Shown piece by piece: positions 1 through 10,208 of a stretch of DNA of 64,000 nucleotides. The DNA comes from Paecilomyces variotii (taxonomy: Eukaryota): assembly GCA_004022145.1 (NCBI GenBank), contig RCNU01000020.1. The stretch is one strand, 5' to 3'. The translations under genes and the position numbers were made by a program. The notes under the pieces are model-generated. The model saw nothing but the letters and a program-made list of their open reading frames with translations, did no database searches and was not told the DNA's origin. Position 1 is the first letter of the stretch, and each line of letters begins with the position of its first letter.

Positions 1-1537
1 ATGCAGTAGTTACTGCGTATTCCAGTATTGGATAAGCCAAATAGGGTCTACAACGGGAGCCTTCCAATGCCAAAATCACTACAGTGGCTATGTTCGGCTA
101 TAAACTAAGGAGCAGCCACCTGCGATCAGGGATAGCTCTGAAGGAGCTCTAGACCGGAGAAGCATAGTGAAGGGAAAAGATATCGACTAAAGGAGACTTC
201 ATGAAAACAGTCAAAATGCGTACGCAGATAGGGCACGACCCGGTGCAAAGGATACTACCATATGTACTGGAATACATACCAAGGTTGCCTTCTCGAATAT
301 CCTTACCCTCAGAAGAAACATTTACGCTACAGTGACCTCACCTCTACTAGTTAACTAGGCTGAAAAAGTATCTAGCTACATATGGTACTTGGGCGCCTAC
401 AAATGGTTACCTGATCAACAAGAAAGTAAGTATGAATGCGATAGAGTGATGTCACATGAAATTTCCTTTCACTTAATGTAATACTTTCTAAATCCATCAA
501 CGGCCATGCCAACATGGGTGACAATGATATCTGATAGAATCGGGGGCCATAATGCAACATTCTAGCAATTTATCAGTTTCCTGAAACAGGATATACGGCC
601 CTCACATCTATACGAAATCTTCGAGAATTGAAAAGTTCGGCAATACAACCATCCCGCTTATTTTCGTTTATTCTCGATTTTGAGACATAAGAATGGGCAT
701 CTCGGACCGTCTCGGGGTGGGGGAAGATCCACCGCAAACGATATTTAATACTTAATACCCGGCAAACCGGGCACGAACAACGCCAGACCCACACAGAGAT
801 CTACCATACTTAATCTGAGTACAGCAGGGATCAGAGGAAATACATCCCAATGAGAATCGCGATGCGGCTCAGATCTCGGTTGTTCATACTCCAGCTTCCG
901 CAGTGTCCTTGCTCCTGGAGGTTCTCATATGAAATAGGTATACAAGGTGGGAATGACTGGAGAATGCTGTGTTGATTCGTCTCCAATCAGCATGCCATAT
1001 TTACTGCATATCCATCCTTGAGAGCTTTTATAATGATATGAATCTACAGTGACAAAGACCCACTCAAGCTCCTGAGCTGCGAAAGCAGTATCGATATCCC
1101 CGAAGCTATCAAAGCCACGTACGTAAACCCTTCCCCAGATCTAAGATGTATTAACCAGCCCCACTGGTTCATCCAAGCTTTCAACCTTGATGTGACGAAC
1201 GATAAACACTGAACACGCGAGATCATTAACCCATTAAAGTATAGAGAAGACCCAGTATTTGGAATATCTTTTGCTCTTATGATCAAATCAGGAATGCATG
1301 ACATCGGTAGTCTCTGCGTCACAGGTTAGCTGGTGAGAAGCTACCTGTGACATGAATTCTAGACCTCAGTTCAGCTCTTGAAGAAACGATCCATTGCCAC
1401 ATATAAGTACATCCTTCACAGCTCATGCATGATTGATCTTCTTGGTTTCGAAAATCAAACGTTCCCGGTCTTTCGTTGTCCTATCTTCCTCCGTCTGAAG
1501 TATACTTACGGAAACGTCGATTTTTCAACTCATCAAA

Positions 1538-2239
1538 ATGGTTTCCGTCCGACAGCTTCTCCAGGGAGCCATGACACTTGGCCTCGCGGGCTCGTGTCTT
1601 GGTGCCTCTCTCTATGACCAGCCTATCCTGAAGTCGAACAGCCATACTTCCAGCAGGCATTCAATTTCGTCCAATTCGGATGACCCAGCGTGTAGCGACG
1701 TATTCCACGCGACGATGCACGTTGCTCAGAATGCCACCGCTGGAGATAAGTCTCTTCCAGTTGTGCATCGAAGTGGCCGCCTGTACGCCATGAAGGACAA
1801 AGACCCTACGCAGTGGACGTTCGAGAGAAAGGACGACGGTTATATCATCTACAACGTGCACCCGTCCGGTACCAAGCACTACTGGAGCTTCAGTTACGAC
1901 AACACCATCGGCATAACCAACTATGAGTATGAGGCCAAGAAGGCCTACATAGTCCGGGGCGACGAGGAAGACTCCCCTTTTGGAAAAATCACCATTTCCT
2001 GGGACGATAGATGCATTGTCGTTCCCGCTGATGAATCCGATCCCTTCCAGATGCTCCAGCTGTCGGCATGCGACCCCGTCATCTTGGAAGTCACAGAGCC
2101 TATAGTCTGGAGAAATCCGAGCGACCTCTGCAAGTCTCAAGAGAGTGGAGTGCACGCACAAGATAGTAAGATTCACCCTATAGACACGAGACTCCTTCCT
2201 TCGGCTATTAGTTCCGATTGCATCGACACATTGAGTTGA
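1538..2239 (+). CDS. Secreted hypothetical protein, possibly ricin-B/beta-trefoil-like
   Basis: 233-aa ORF with a signal-peptide-like N-terminus (MVSVRQLLQGAMTLGLAGSCLGA). QW motif (PTQWTF) and a C...L..CD segment (RCIVVP...LQLSACD) resemble ricin-B repeats. The fold call is tentative. Confidence 0.55.
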   Translation: MVSVRQLLQGAMTLGLAGSCLGASLYDQPILKSNSHTSSRHSISSNSDDPACSDVFHATMHVAQNATAGDKSLPVVHRSGRLYAMKDKDPTQWTFERKDDGYIIYNVHPSGTKHYWSFSYDNTIGITNYEYEAKKAYIVRGDEEDSPFGKITISWDDRCIVVPADESDPFQMLQLSACDPVILEVTEPIVWRNPSDLCKSQESGVHAQDSKIHPIDTRLLPSAISSDCIDTLS

Positions 2240-2650
2240 ACATCCAGAAGGCTAACCGCGACCTGCAGCGTGCAGCACTTACACAGACTGCCCCCGTGGT
2301 CTAATAAGCTGGAGGTGCTGTCGCAAGAGTGATCATAAGTGTGACTATGCGGACCCTCTCGCCGGGAGCCCAGCCTGGGCAGGATGGTGTACTTAACCTG
2401 AACAGTTGCTGCATAGTGAGGGAATTCACGAAGAAGCTCAGCATAATCGTTGATTGATAGAGAGTTGATAATTACATTGAAGGGAAAGAACATTTTTATG
2501 TGACATCACTTTGTCAGATGCATACCTGCTTTCTTATTGCTCAGGTAATTGTTGTGCCAGTCCAAGGTGTGCGCAGACACCCAAGTACCTAGGTATGTAG
2601 GTAGATGCTTTTTCGATCCAGTTAACTAGCTAGTGTAAAGGTTGGACGTT

Positions 2651-2705
2651 TACTACTACTACTACTACTACTACTACTATTACTATTACTACTATTACTA
2701 CTACT
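2651..2705. repeat. (TAC/TAT)n microsatellite
   Basis: tactactact... run with a few TAT interruptions. Confidence 0.95.
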
Positions 2706-2810
2706 GTGATAATATGGGCCAACAGAAAGACTGTCACTGGTAGCAAGAGCTTTGATTAAAATTTCATAATACATGTCGATGATCGCTCCTTTCGTCGTCA
2801 AAGCAAGAGG

Positions 2811-3513
2811 CTAGTGGTCCATCATATCTTCCCAAGTCTGGGACCCCTGACCCTGTGACAGGGGCTGGATGAGCTGTTGCTCCTGGTAGTGGTGGTGGTG
2901 GTGGTGGTGCTGCTGCTGCTGCTGCTGCTGCTGTTCCTGCTGTTGTTGCTGTGGCTGCTGTGGCTGTTGTTGCTGTTGTTGCTGTTGTTGCTGTTGTTGC
3001 TGTTGTTGCTGTTGTTGCTGTTGTTGCTGTTGTTGCTGGTGTTGCTGGTGTTGCTGGTGTTGCTGGTGTTGCTGGTGTTGCTGCTGCTGCTGCTGCTGCT
3101 GGGCTTGCTCGCGCTGCTGTCGCCTGCGTTCTCGGCGACGAGCTTGTGTGTTTGGACCGCGCCTGCCTTGCCAGGAACCCTGCAGTAGAATACTTTAGAT
3201 TAGACTCATAATAAGATAAGTACTGACAATAGTACTTACCAGGATGAGTAAAGCTCTACGCATGTTACAGGTTTCGGGACCGTGAGATGAGGTCCGACAA
3301 AATTCGCACCACTGGTACCACAGATATAAGTATTATATTAAAGTATGGAGTAGAGGTATTCAGAGATATCTATACCTTCTTCTTCCTTAGTCGTCTGGTA
3401 TTGGTCCCGCCACCTCGACGATCGCCTCCATCACGACCAGGTTTTTTGCCATCTGACCCAGAAGAGGCTACTTGGGTATTGGCGACACTGGGAATATCCG
3501 TAGTACCCGACAT
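2811..3513 (-). CDS. Small CCHC zinc-knuckle protein with Arg-rich and polyQ/His tracts (3 exons)
   Basis: ATG at 3513. Exons 3513-3376, 3311-3240 and 3179-2811 are joined by GT-AG introns. Spliced product reads ...RLRKKK-WCEFCRTSSHGPETCNMRRALLIL-GSWQGRRGPNTQARRRERRRQQREQAQQQQ(QH)n...HHHHHHYQEQQLIQPLSQGQGSQTWEDMMDH*. Contains an exact CX2CX4HX4C motif. Confidence 0.75.
2888..3100. repeat. Compound CAG/CAA/CAC trinucleotide tract (coding polyQ/H on minus strand)
   Basis: Plus strand shows (gtg)n, (ctg)n, (ctgttgttg)n and (ctggtgttg)n arrays, in frame with exon 3 of the CCHC gene. Confidence 0.9.
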
Positions 3514-3865
3514 TGTCTTCGTGGATGCCCAACAGCTAGTGTCAATAATCAAGGTAATCGTGAAGAATGGTGAGGGAAGAATAGTAAGGGACAAAAATAA
3601 GGGACGACAGTAAGGGACGTAAGGTAAGAGGAAGAAAGGTGAGAGGAAAAAAGGTGAGAGGAAGAAGAAGAAAAGGAAGCAAGGTGAAGAATAAAGAAAA
3701 GGGTGCGTTCCCTGTTGTGTTGGTAAAGCATCTATTGCTGAATGAAACACATTAGAACTCGGTCACCACCTTCTGTTCCTAACCTCCATGATACTCTTAA
3801 GACTTCTATTTTCTGTGGATTTCATAACTCTGGCAGACTGCCTTCATCTTTAAGCACGCATAAAC

Positions 3866-5012
3866 ATGGCATCTGACAAGCATCCCGATATCCCTTTCTT
3901 CTCCATTCCAGGAAACCTGGCGGAGTTGCAAGCACTCCTGAAGGAGGCAGGTCTTTTCAATAAGTCTATCCATGATCTCCCCGGTAAATGGCTTCTCTCT
4001 GGGTCCAAAGTAACTCAGATGCAGTTCCTCGCGTTTCATATCGTCTTCCCTCGAATTGCAACTGCAACCCGTCTGGTCGACCGAGATCTGGCTCAGTATG
4101 GTCTACACATGTTTTGGAGAGAAGCCCAAGATATCTTGGGAAGATTCGACGACTTCCAGAAATATCTGGGCCTTCTCGTACATCAACTGTCGATAGAGGA
4201 CATCTCCAGGGACCATCCATTCTTTCCTTCATCTCTCAGAATATTGAAAGACATGCAAGAGCTTTGCAGTCCATCATACGTTTCTAGTAAGAAGGGCGCT
4301 GTACATAGAGATGCTGAACACTTATCGAAAAGGTCTGTGTTTGGAAGCAAACGTCGTCCGGATGAGGAAGACACGTTGGCGAACACTGCCAATGAAGAGG
4401 CAGAAATCGAAACGGAAGCTACGGTCAACTCAGCGCTTGTGGTATTCCTCAGGGAGCTAGCATGGCTAGTCGATGATCGCAATTGTGAGTTTGTGTATGA
4501 TCCACTGGCCGAGAAGGCCTCGTTCTCGAAAGACACTTCTTTTACTGCAATTACAGACGGCAGTCTTCGAAGGCTCAATACGGGGGAAACTTTGGCCATT
4601 CTTGAAGTTAAGAAACGAAAGAGGCGCCAGGAGCCAAATGCGATTCCCATGCAGGAGGCTGCGGAGCTAGTCTGCTGGTTGAAGAGCTCTTACCGAAGCA
4701 CTCCTTTCCTAGACGGGCAGTATGTATGATTCATTCCCTTGCAAACTTGTGACAAACTGACGCTCTACTTTTTGGTGCCTTAGTCCGCTCATAATTTCCC
4801 AAGATGCACATGAAATCTTCCTGTCGTTCGCGTTTCTTGACCAGCTGTACCTCGAGTACCTTCAGATGCCCTCTGTCGCCAACCCTGCCTGGAAATACGC
4901 AGCAATACAGACATACGGCCCCTTCAAAATTGACAGCGCGGAAGACATGAATATGTTCGCGACTCTTGTGATATCCATTACACTGGCGGCGAAAGCGCTA
5001 CCGAGAAACTGA
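3866..5012 (+). CDS. Fungal PD-(D/E)XK nuclease-like protein (2 exons)
   Basis: ORF 3866-4719, intron 4720-4783 (gtatgt...ttag), exon 2 PLIISQDAHEIFLSFA...QTYGPFKI...PRN*. Motif E...AITDGSL...LAILEVKK...MQEAAELVCW matches the D...ExK...QxxxE restriction-endonuclease-like pattern. Confidence 0.7.
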
Positions 5013-5062
5013 GTAGCAGGTACTTAACTAATGCTTGGCAACTCTAGTTACTGCATGAACAC

Positions 5063-5180
5063 CGCTGAAGAAGTTGTACCTGGCACTGAACAAGTGTTAT
5101 CCGTCACTGAATAAGTGATATCATGCGCTGAATAAGTGCTATTTCACACTGAAAAAGTGTTACCTGGTACTGAAGAAGTA
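5063..5180 (+). repeat. Degenerate 21-bp minisatellite, about 5.6 copies
   Basis: Units: cgctgaagaagttgtacctgg / cactgaacaagtgttatccgt / cactgaataagtgatatcatg / cgctgaataagtgctatttca / cactgaaaaagtgttacctgg / tactgaagaagta. Confidence 0.9.
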
Positions 5181-5910
5181 CCCCCTCCAGCAATAAGCTC
5201 GCACCTCACCGTGGTGCTGGAGTCTAGTAGCCAGGCTGGCGAAGCTAAGACGAGCTCTAAGTATTTAGGCCAGCACGTATTTTAGTCAATATGTTTCCTC
5301 CAACATGCATGTCGCACTTTTGCTACTCGAAACAGAAGACATATAAATGTTTATCTGCAGTTATTATAATTCGTACAATTTGTTCTGTCTGTGGAACGCA
5401 GTCTGAAACAGAGACGAGGGCTGTATCTGAGGTTCTTGTACTTATCGATCTCAAGGCATTCTGAGATAATAAAACGTGGGATACCATTCTCGATATCAGT
5501 TTTCATTCATTTTGCCTCCGAGGGCCAGATATAGAGGAATATGTTGATATGCGTACTACCGGGTAGCAGTACTAGCTAGTTCAATGTAGTTGGACTTTAC
5601 ATGGGATACCTTGTGGAATGCTGGAAAGCAGTGATCTCATTATGACCAGTCCATAATTACTTGCGCAGAATATTGTAAATTCCATGATATATTAGGTAGG
5701 TACTGCTCGTGGGATGAGGATGATATCCTCTTTGAACATGGATGAGTCAGCTTCAGGCAGCGCTGAGCATATAACTATCCGCACAAAGCCCACAGCTTCC
5801 GTTAGGAATCTTGCGATAGAACACATCCTTCGCACCAGATACTATCCTGTCCTTTTATCCCCAGCTCTTACTCTACTTCGCCTCTCCATATACATAGAGT
5901 TGAACTGGCC

Positions 5911-7217
5911 ATGGCATCATCCATTCGCCTGAAAGGTCGTCAAGTTCTCAAAAGTATCAGTTCGAGTTTGGACCTTAGAAAATTCCCCAAAAAGCGTGAG
6001 AAGGACGCATCTGCCGCCACTGTGATCAAAGATGTTGCGCGCAGCACAACTCGTGAGAGTCTAAGAGTCATATTGACGTCCATTTTGATGAAAGGCGACG
6101 AAGATTTATACTTGGAGAACGACGCTGCAAGCTCCTTATACATCAATTTACTTGACCTGCCACTGGAGGAAAATGATCATCCCGCAAACAATGATTCTTC
6201 CTGCTTTTTCAGTCCTATGCCATCTGATCGGTTAAAATCCTTTCCCTTCGATAAAAGCGATCCAGCTACAGAGCGCTTCCTAGATGGGTTTGATTCCTGG
6301 GACGAGAGCAGGGAGACACTGACTGGATTTCGGGCACAAAGAAATCCTGAAAGCCTTATATCTGAACTCAACTGGCTATTCAGCCAGTGTCGGCGAATCT
6401 CTCCCAAAGGTGATAAGACATATCTCCATCAAGAAGCGAATTGGAAGCATATGTGGGTGTCTCCTGCTCTACTTAATAGAAGGGGGGAAAAAAGAATATC
6501 TTCTAATTATTTATGTCTTAGGGCACTTTCTCCGGAAATATTCCACGATGACCTTTTCGGTATGGTTGATCGTGCCGGCCAGCTTCATAGCAAGGGTAAA
6601 TTCGGACGTTTATTCGATATCACAGACGGATATTGCGCAGCGCGTTGGGATATTCGTATCAGTGAGCCACATATCATTGTTATGATTGAGCACGAATACG
6701 TCGCCGATGAAAAGATCTCACGAGCAGAAGTTTCGACGATCCTTGCTGCTATGATCACACAATTGGGACATGGACATCTCGAAGAGCATTGCATTCCTCC
6801 CGTAAGCGCATTTTATGGCCCCTTCCTTTGAATAAAGACTATAAATTAACTATCGTTACGCAATGATTGCAGGTAATGCTCGTCTCGTTTATGGGCTCTC
6901 TCAAAGGAAGGATCTTGCAGGCTCACGTCACAGACAGCGGACTTGTTATCAAAAAGTCTAAGCTGTACGATTTTGATAAACAAGTGGACTTTGAACGATC
7001 TATCACTTTGTTCACACGACATATGGCATCTGATAGAATTGGGGACACTCGCCAATTGACGATGTTTGATCTGGAAAACAAGACAGTGCCTATACTGCAC
7101 TCTGCCGCCACTGACAAGTCTATACGCGCTGTCGCAGACTCGGAAAACAATATTCACGAGTCTATTGAGCCGTATGACCGGGGCCTCTGGGAATTAATGC
7201 AAAGTGTCTACTTGTAA
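5911..7217 (+). CDS. Uncharacterised fungal protein 'X1' (3 exons), paralogue of 52513-53863
   Basis: Introns 6453-6521 (69 nt, in frame) and 6802-6872. Motifs CFFSPMP, FDITDGY, ISRAEV, EHCIPPVMLVSFMGSLKGRILQAH and KKSKLYDFD have close counterparts in X2. Confidence 0.8.
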
Positions 7218-8594
7218 TCCTAGTTGAGGCTGAGGGAAGTCTATCCTGGATAGGTAGGCTTCATGATTTCCTGCAGCGCTCGCTTTACTTGCTATGACAG
7301 TAATTACTCGCTATGCGAAAAGAGTGGCTGGTTCAGGATGCGAGTCTCGTTTTCTCTTTTTCTCGCACATATGTTCAAGTAATAAAATGGAAATTTGAAC
7401 GATTGCAAGATGTGAGATTGCTATCCTTCTGTCCTGAGGGCCAACTCCATAATCAGGAGAAAGTTCTCGACTTCTGTCGCGTTGCGTTGCATTGTACTCT
7501 TTCTTAATAACGCAAGTTGGCAAGGCCACTAATGCTCAGTCTTGGGCGAAGACTTTGTGCGAGGCCTCGGAGAAATTTGGTAAACCTGTGGATATTGCAA
7601 ACAAATAATGGGAAAAGCAGTTGAAAGACGCATGGGGGAAGGAACCATAATCTGACACTCTGGTTACGAGTATTTTCCATATCCAACGTGACTTGTCTAA
7701 CATACTGGTCAATAATTCCACGGACTATGCTGTTTCTCAGAACTCGATTTGCGTGTATACCGTTTTTAAACAATATGCCAGGGCTAGTTTATCCAAAGAG
7801 GTATCCTCTCGCTTGCCTAGTTAGGTACTTAACTGATTATCTGAGTAGGTACCTAGGTAGGTAGTCAGAACTGGGTATGATGTCATCCATTCCCTACTTA
7901 AACGATTTACAAGCAGAGAGAAGTGAGTATGCATTTCGAAATCGACATGGTTATTATTGTAGCTTTATGTCCAGCTTTCACATAGCGCCAAACATGCAGA
8001 AATGCAGGCTGTTTAGTTTGTGGCAAGCGCCGTTAAAATTTACTTTATCTGGTCGAAACGCCTATCGCTGGCGGCGGGGCTTCCCCCCGCTTAAGCCACT
8101 ATTTATCACTCGATGTAACGCTCAGTAGGGCTGAGCATTTTCTATGCTTGTCGTATGTTTTTTCTCTAAATATTATTCGAATCCTATTAACCATATATTC
8201 CACTTTTGACGTAGCAAGCAATACCTAATTGTTCTGGGAAGTAGTCGTCGAAAACACCACACTCTATACTTATTGCTCTAAATAACCGTCAATAGCGACA
8301 ATCTCTATCGCCATAAAAGGACGCGTCAGCGGACCCCAAGCTGTCTACCTAGTTGGTCAGATAACAAAAGACTGTTTGATGTCCGCGCTAAAGTGATGCT
8401 TGATTATCAGCCTCACATATGATTAGCCCCAGGACCGTTTATTTTATCTGATCTTGTAAATGGCGCCAAGCCACTCCGCCAAATCCCTCTGACACGCGGC
8501 CCAACTCTACTGTGAAAAATAGTATGTATATTCGCGACAGCTCCATTTCGCAGTTTCGATTCCATTTTCGAAACATCTCAGATCAACCGTCGAA

Positions 8595-10208
8595 ATGAGC
8601 TCTCGCCGTCGAAGATTCGTTATCTTCTCAGCCTTGGCCTGTCTGGCCTCCGCTATACCACTGACCGGAGCAGAACGCGATGATAATAGATCTACTCTTC
8701 CAAATGCGAATCATATCTTCAACGCCGTCCACTCTGCCATGAGACAATGGGGCTCGTCGCTCAACCATAATGGAATGTCTTTCTTCCTGGCCACCGTGCC
8801 AAAAGGGACGCAGTTCTACCACGGCACATCCTCTTCGGAGCCTGTGAATGGTACGGAATGGCTTGCCTTCGAGCCAGAGCATGCGATGGGCTTTGCGCGT
8901 CCACGAGGAAGAGGCCCTCCGGGGCGTGGAGGCCGTCGCGGCCCTCCACCAAATGGGGCTGCTCCTCCACAGCGACCACTCGAGAGTCTGGCAGACGACG
9001 ACGACACGCCCAAGGCCGGATATCTACATACCTATGCAGCTGCTAAGGATCTACGACTATTGTATGTCGATGGAATGTCAGCAGGGAAGTCTTCCATAGG
9101 CACATTGGACTCGCAGGATCGGATCCTCTACAATGATAGCGTCGATTCCTCCGAACGTGAAGGCCAGGGACGGGGACCGGGAGGACCACCTGGAGAACGA
9201 GACCGTGCCATCCAAGGATGTAATATTGCAAAGGAAGTTTGGGATGATCGTATCGACGGTATTCTGCGTATGGAGGCCGGATTTGAGATCATCTTGTGCA
9301 ACTTTGGGCGGGATCTAGACGTCGTCCGGATCACGCAGGCGAAAGGATTCGAAGAACGTGCTCATGGCAAGTCTAGACAAAAGCCGGGTCATCCACACAG
9401 CCCAGGTATGAAGGCAAAGGCCGGTAGGATGGGTCATAATACCTGGATCAAAGCGATTGCTGCACGTTATCACAGCATTGGCGGTCATCGTGTCATCGTG
9501 GATTATGACCACTTTGTCACGGCGTATACCTACGCGCTTGACCTGTTCCCAGGAGATGCCAGCCTGCCGCGCCTCAAGCATCTTCCAACAGAGGAGCTAG
9601 AGCCTTTACGCCAGGATCTAACCGAAATGGTCATGAAATACGATCCGCCTCGACACTCGTTCGACTGGCAGTCGATTGCTGATATGATTGTGACGCGATA
9701 CTCTGACAATCTCCAAGTCCTAGCCGCTGGAAACTTCACCACGATAGAGTCTCTTCGCGAGGAACTCGAAAACATACTCGCCCCGTTTATCGACTACAGC
9801 GACTACAACGCAGGCAGCAGCGCTGATATTACGGACCGCTGCGCGGGACAATTCATCCCGCACGACGCGCCCAACAACACCGTCGCTCGCCAGGCCGTTG
9901 AAACAATTTCCCACAAGATCTGCTCTACCCTAACGACTGCCCTGCTGGATACCACGATTGACTTGAAAACAGCCATCAACAGCTTTCAAGAACTAATCGA
10001 CTACCTTTCCTGGTCGACCTGGAAAGAATGCCGGGGATGCGCGTACGACGAGCTCTGCATGATTCCCATGTGGCCGATGGGGACCGTCGAGGACTATGAG
10101 CACCCTCGCTGCAAGGATCCCGACGAGCCAGGCTCGCAGGGGAAGAATTACTGGGGAGGTTTTGGACGTCCTCCTCCAGACCATGGGCATGGGTATGATG
10201 AGCTGTAA
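8595..10208 (+). CDS. Secreted conserved fungal protein, YOR389W-like family
   Basis: 537-aa ORF with a signal peptide, N-terminal NANHIFNAVHSAMRQWGSSLNHNGMSFF...FYHGT...EWLAFEPEHA, and a Cys-rich C-terminus (WKECRGC...CMIPMWP). Confidence 0.75.
   Translation: MSSRRRRFVIFSALACLASAIPLTGAERDDNRSTLPNANHIFNAVHSAMRQWGSSLNHNGMSFFLATVPKGTQFYHGTSSSEPVNGTEWLAFEPEHAMGFARPRGRGPPGRGGRRGPPPNGAAPPQRPLESLADDDDTPKAGYLHTYAAAKDLRLLYVDGMSAGKSSIGTLDSQDRILYNDSVDSSEREGQGRGPGGPPGERDRAIQGCNIAKEVWDDRIDGILRMEAGFEIILCNFGRDLDVVRITQAKGFEERAHGKSRQKPGHPHSPGMKAKAGRMGHNTWIKAIAARYHSIGGHRVIVDYDHFVTAYTYALDLFPGDASLPRLKHLPTEELEPLRQDLTEMVMKYDPPRHSFDWQSIADMIVTRYSDNLQVLAAGNFTTIESLREELENILAPFIDYSDYNAGSSADITDRCAGQFIPHDAPNNTVARQAVETISHKICSTLTTALLDTTIDLKTAINSFQELIDYLSWSTWKECRGCAYDELCMIPMWPMGTVEDYEHPRCKDPDEPGSQGKNYWGGFGRPPPDHGHGYDEL

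Noticed and set aside
1-1400. Short ORFs at the window start
   Set aside because: No recognisable domains or consistent exon structure.
2877-3211. Plus-strand poly-Leu and poly-Val/Ala ORFs
   Set aside because: They are antisense shadows of the CAG/CAA repeat in the minus-strand CCHC gene.
5063-5180. CRISPR-like array
   Set aside because: Eukaryotic context, contiguous 21-bp units with no spacers, and no cas genes.
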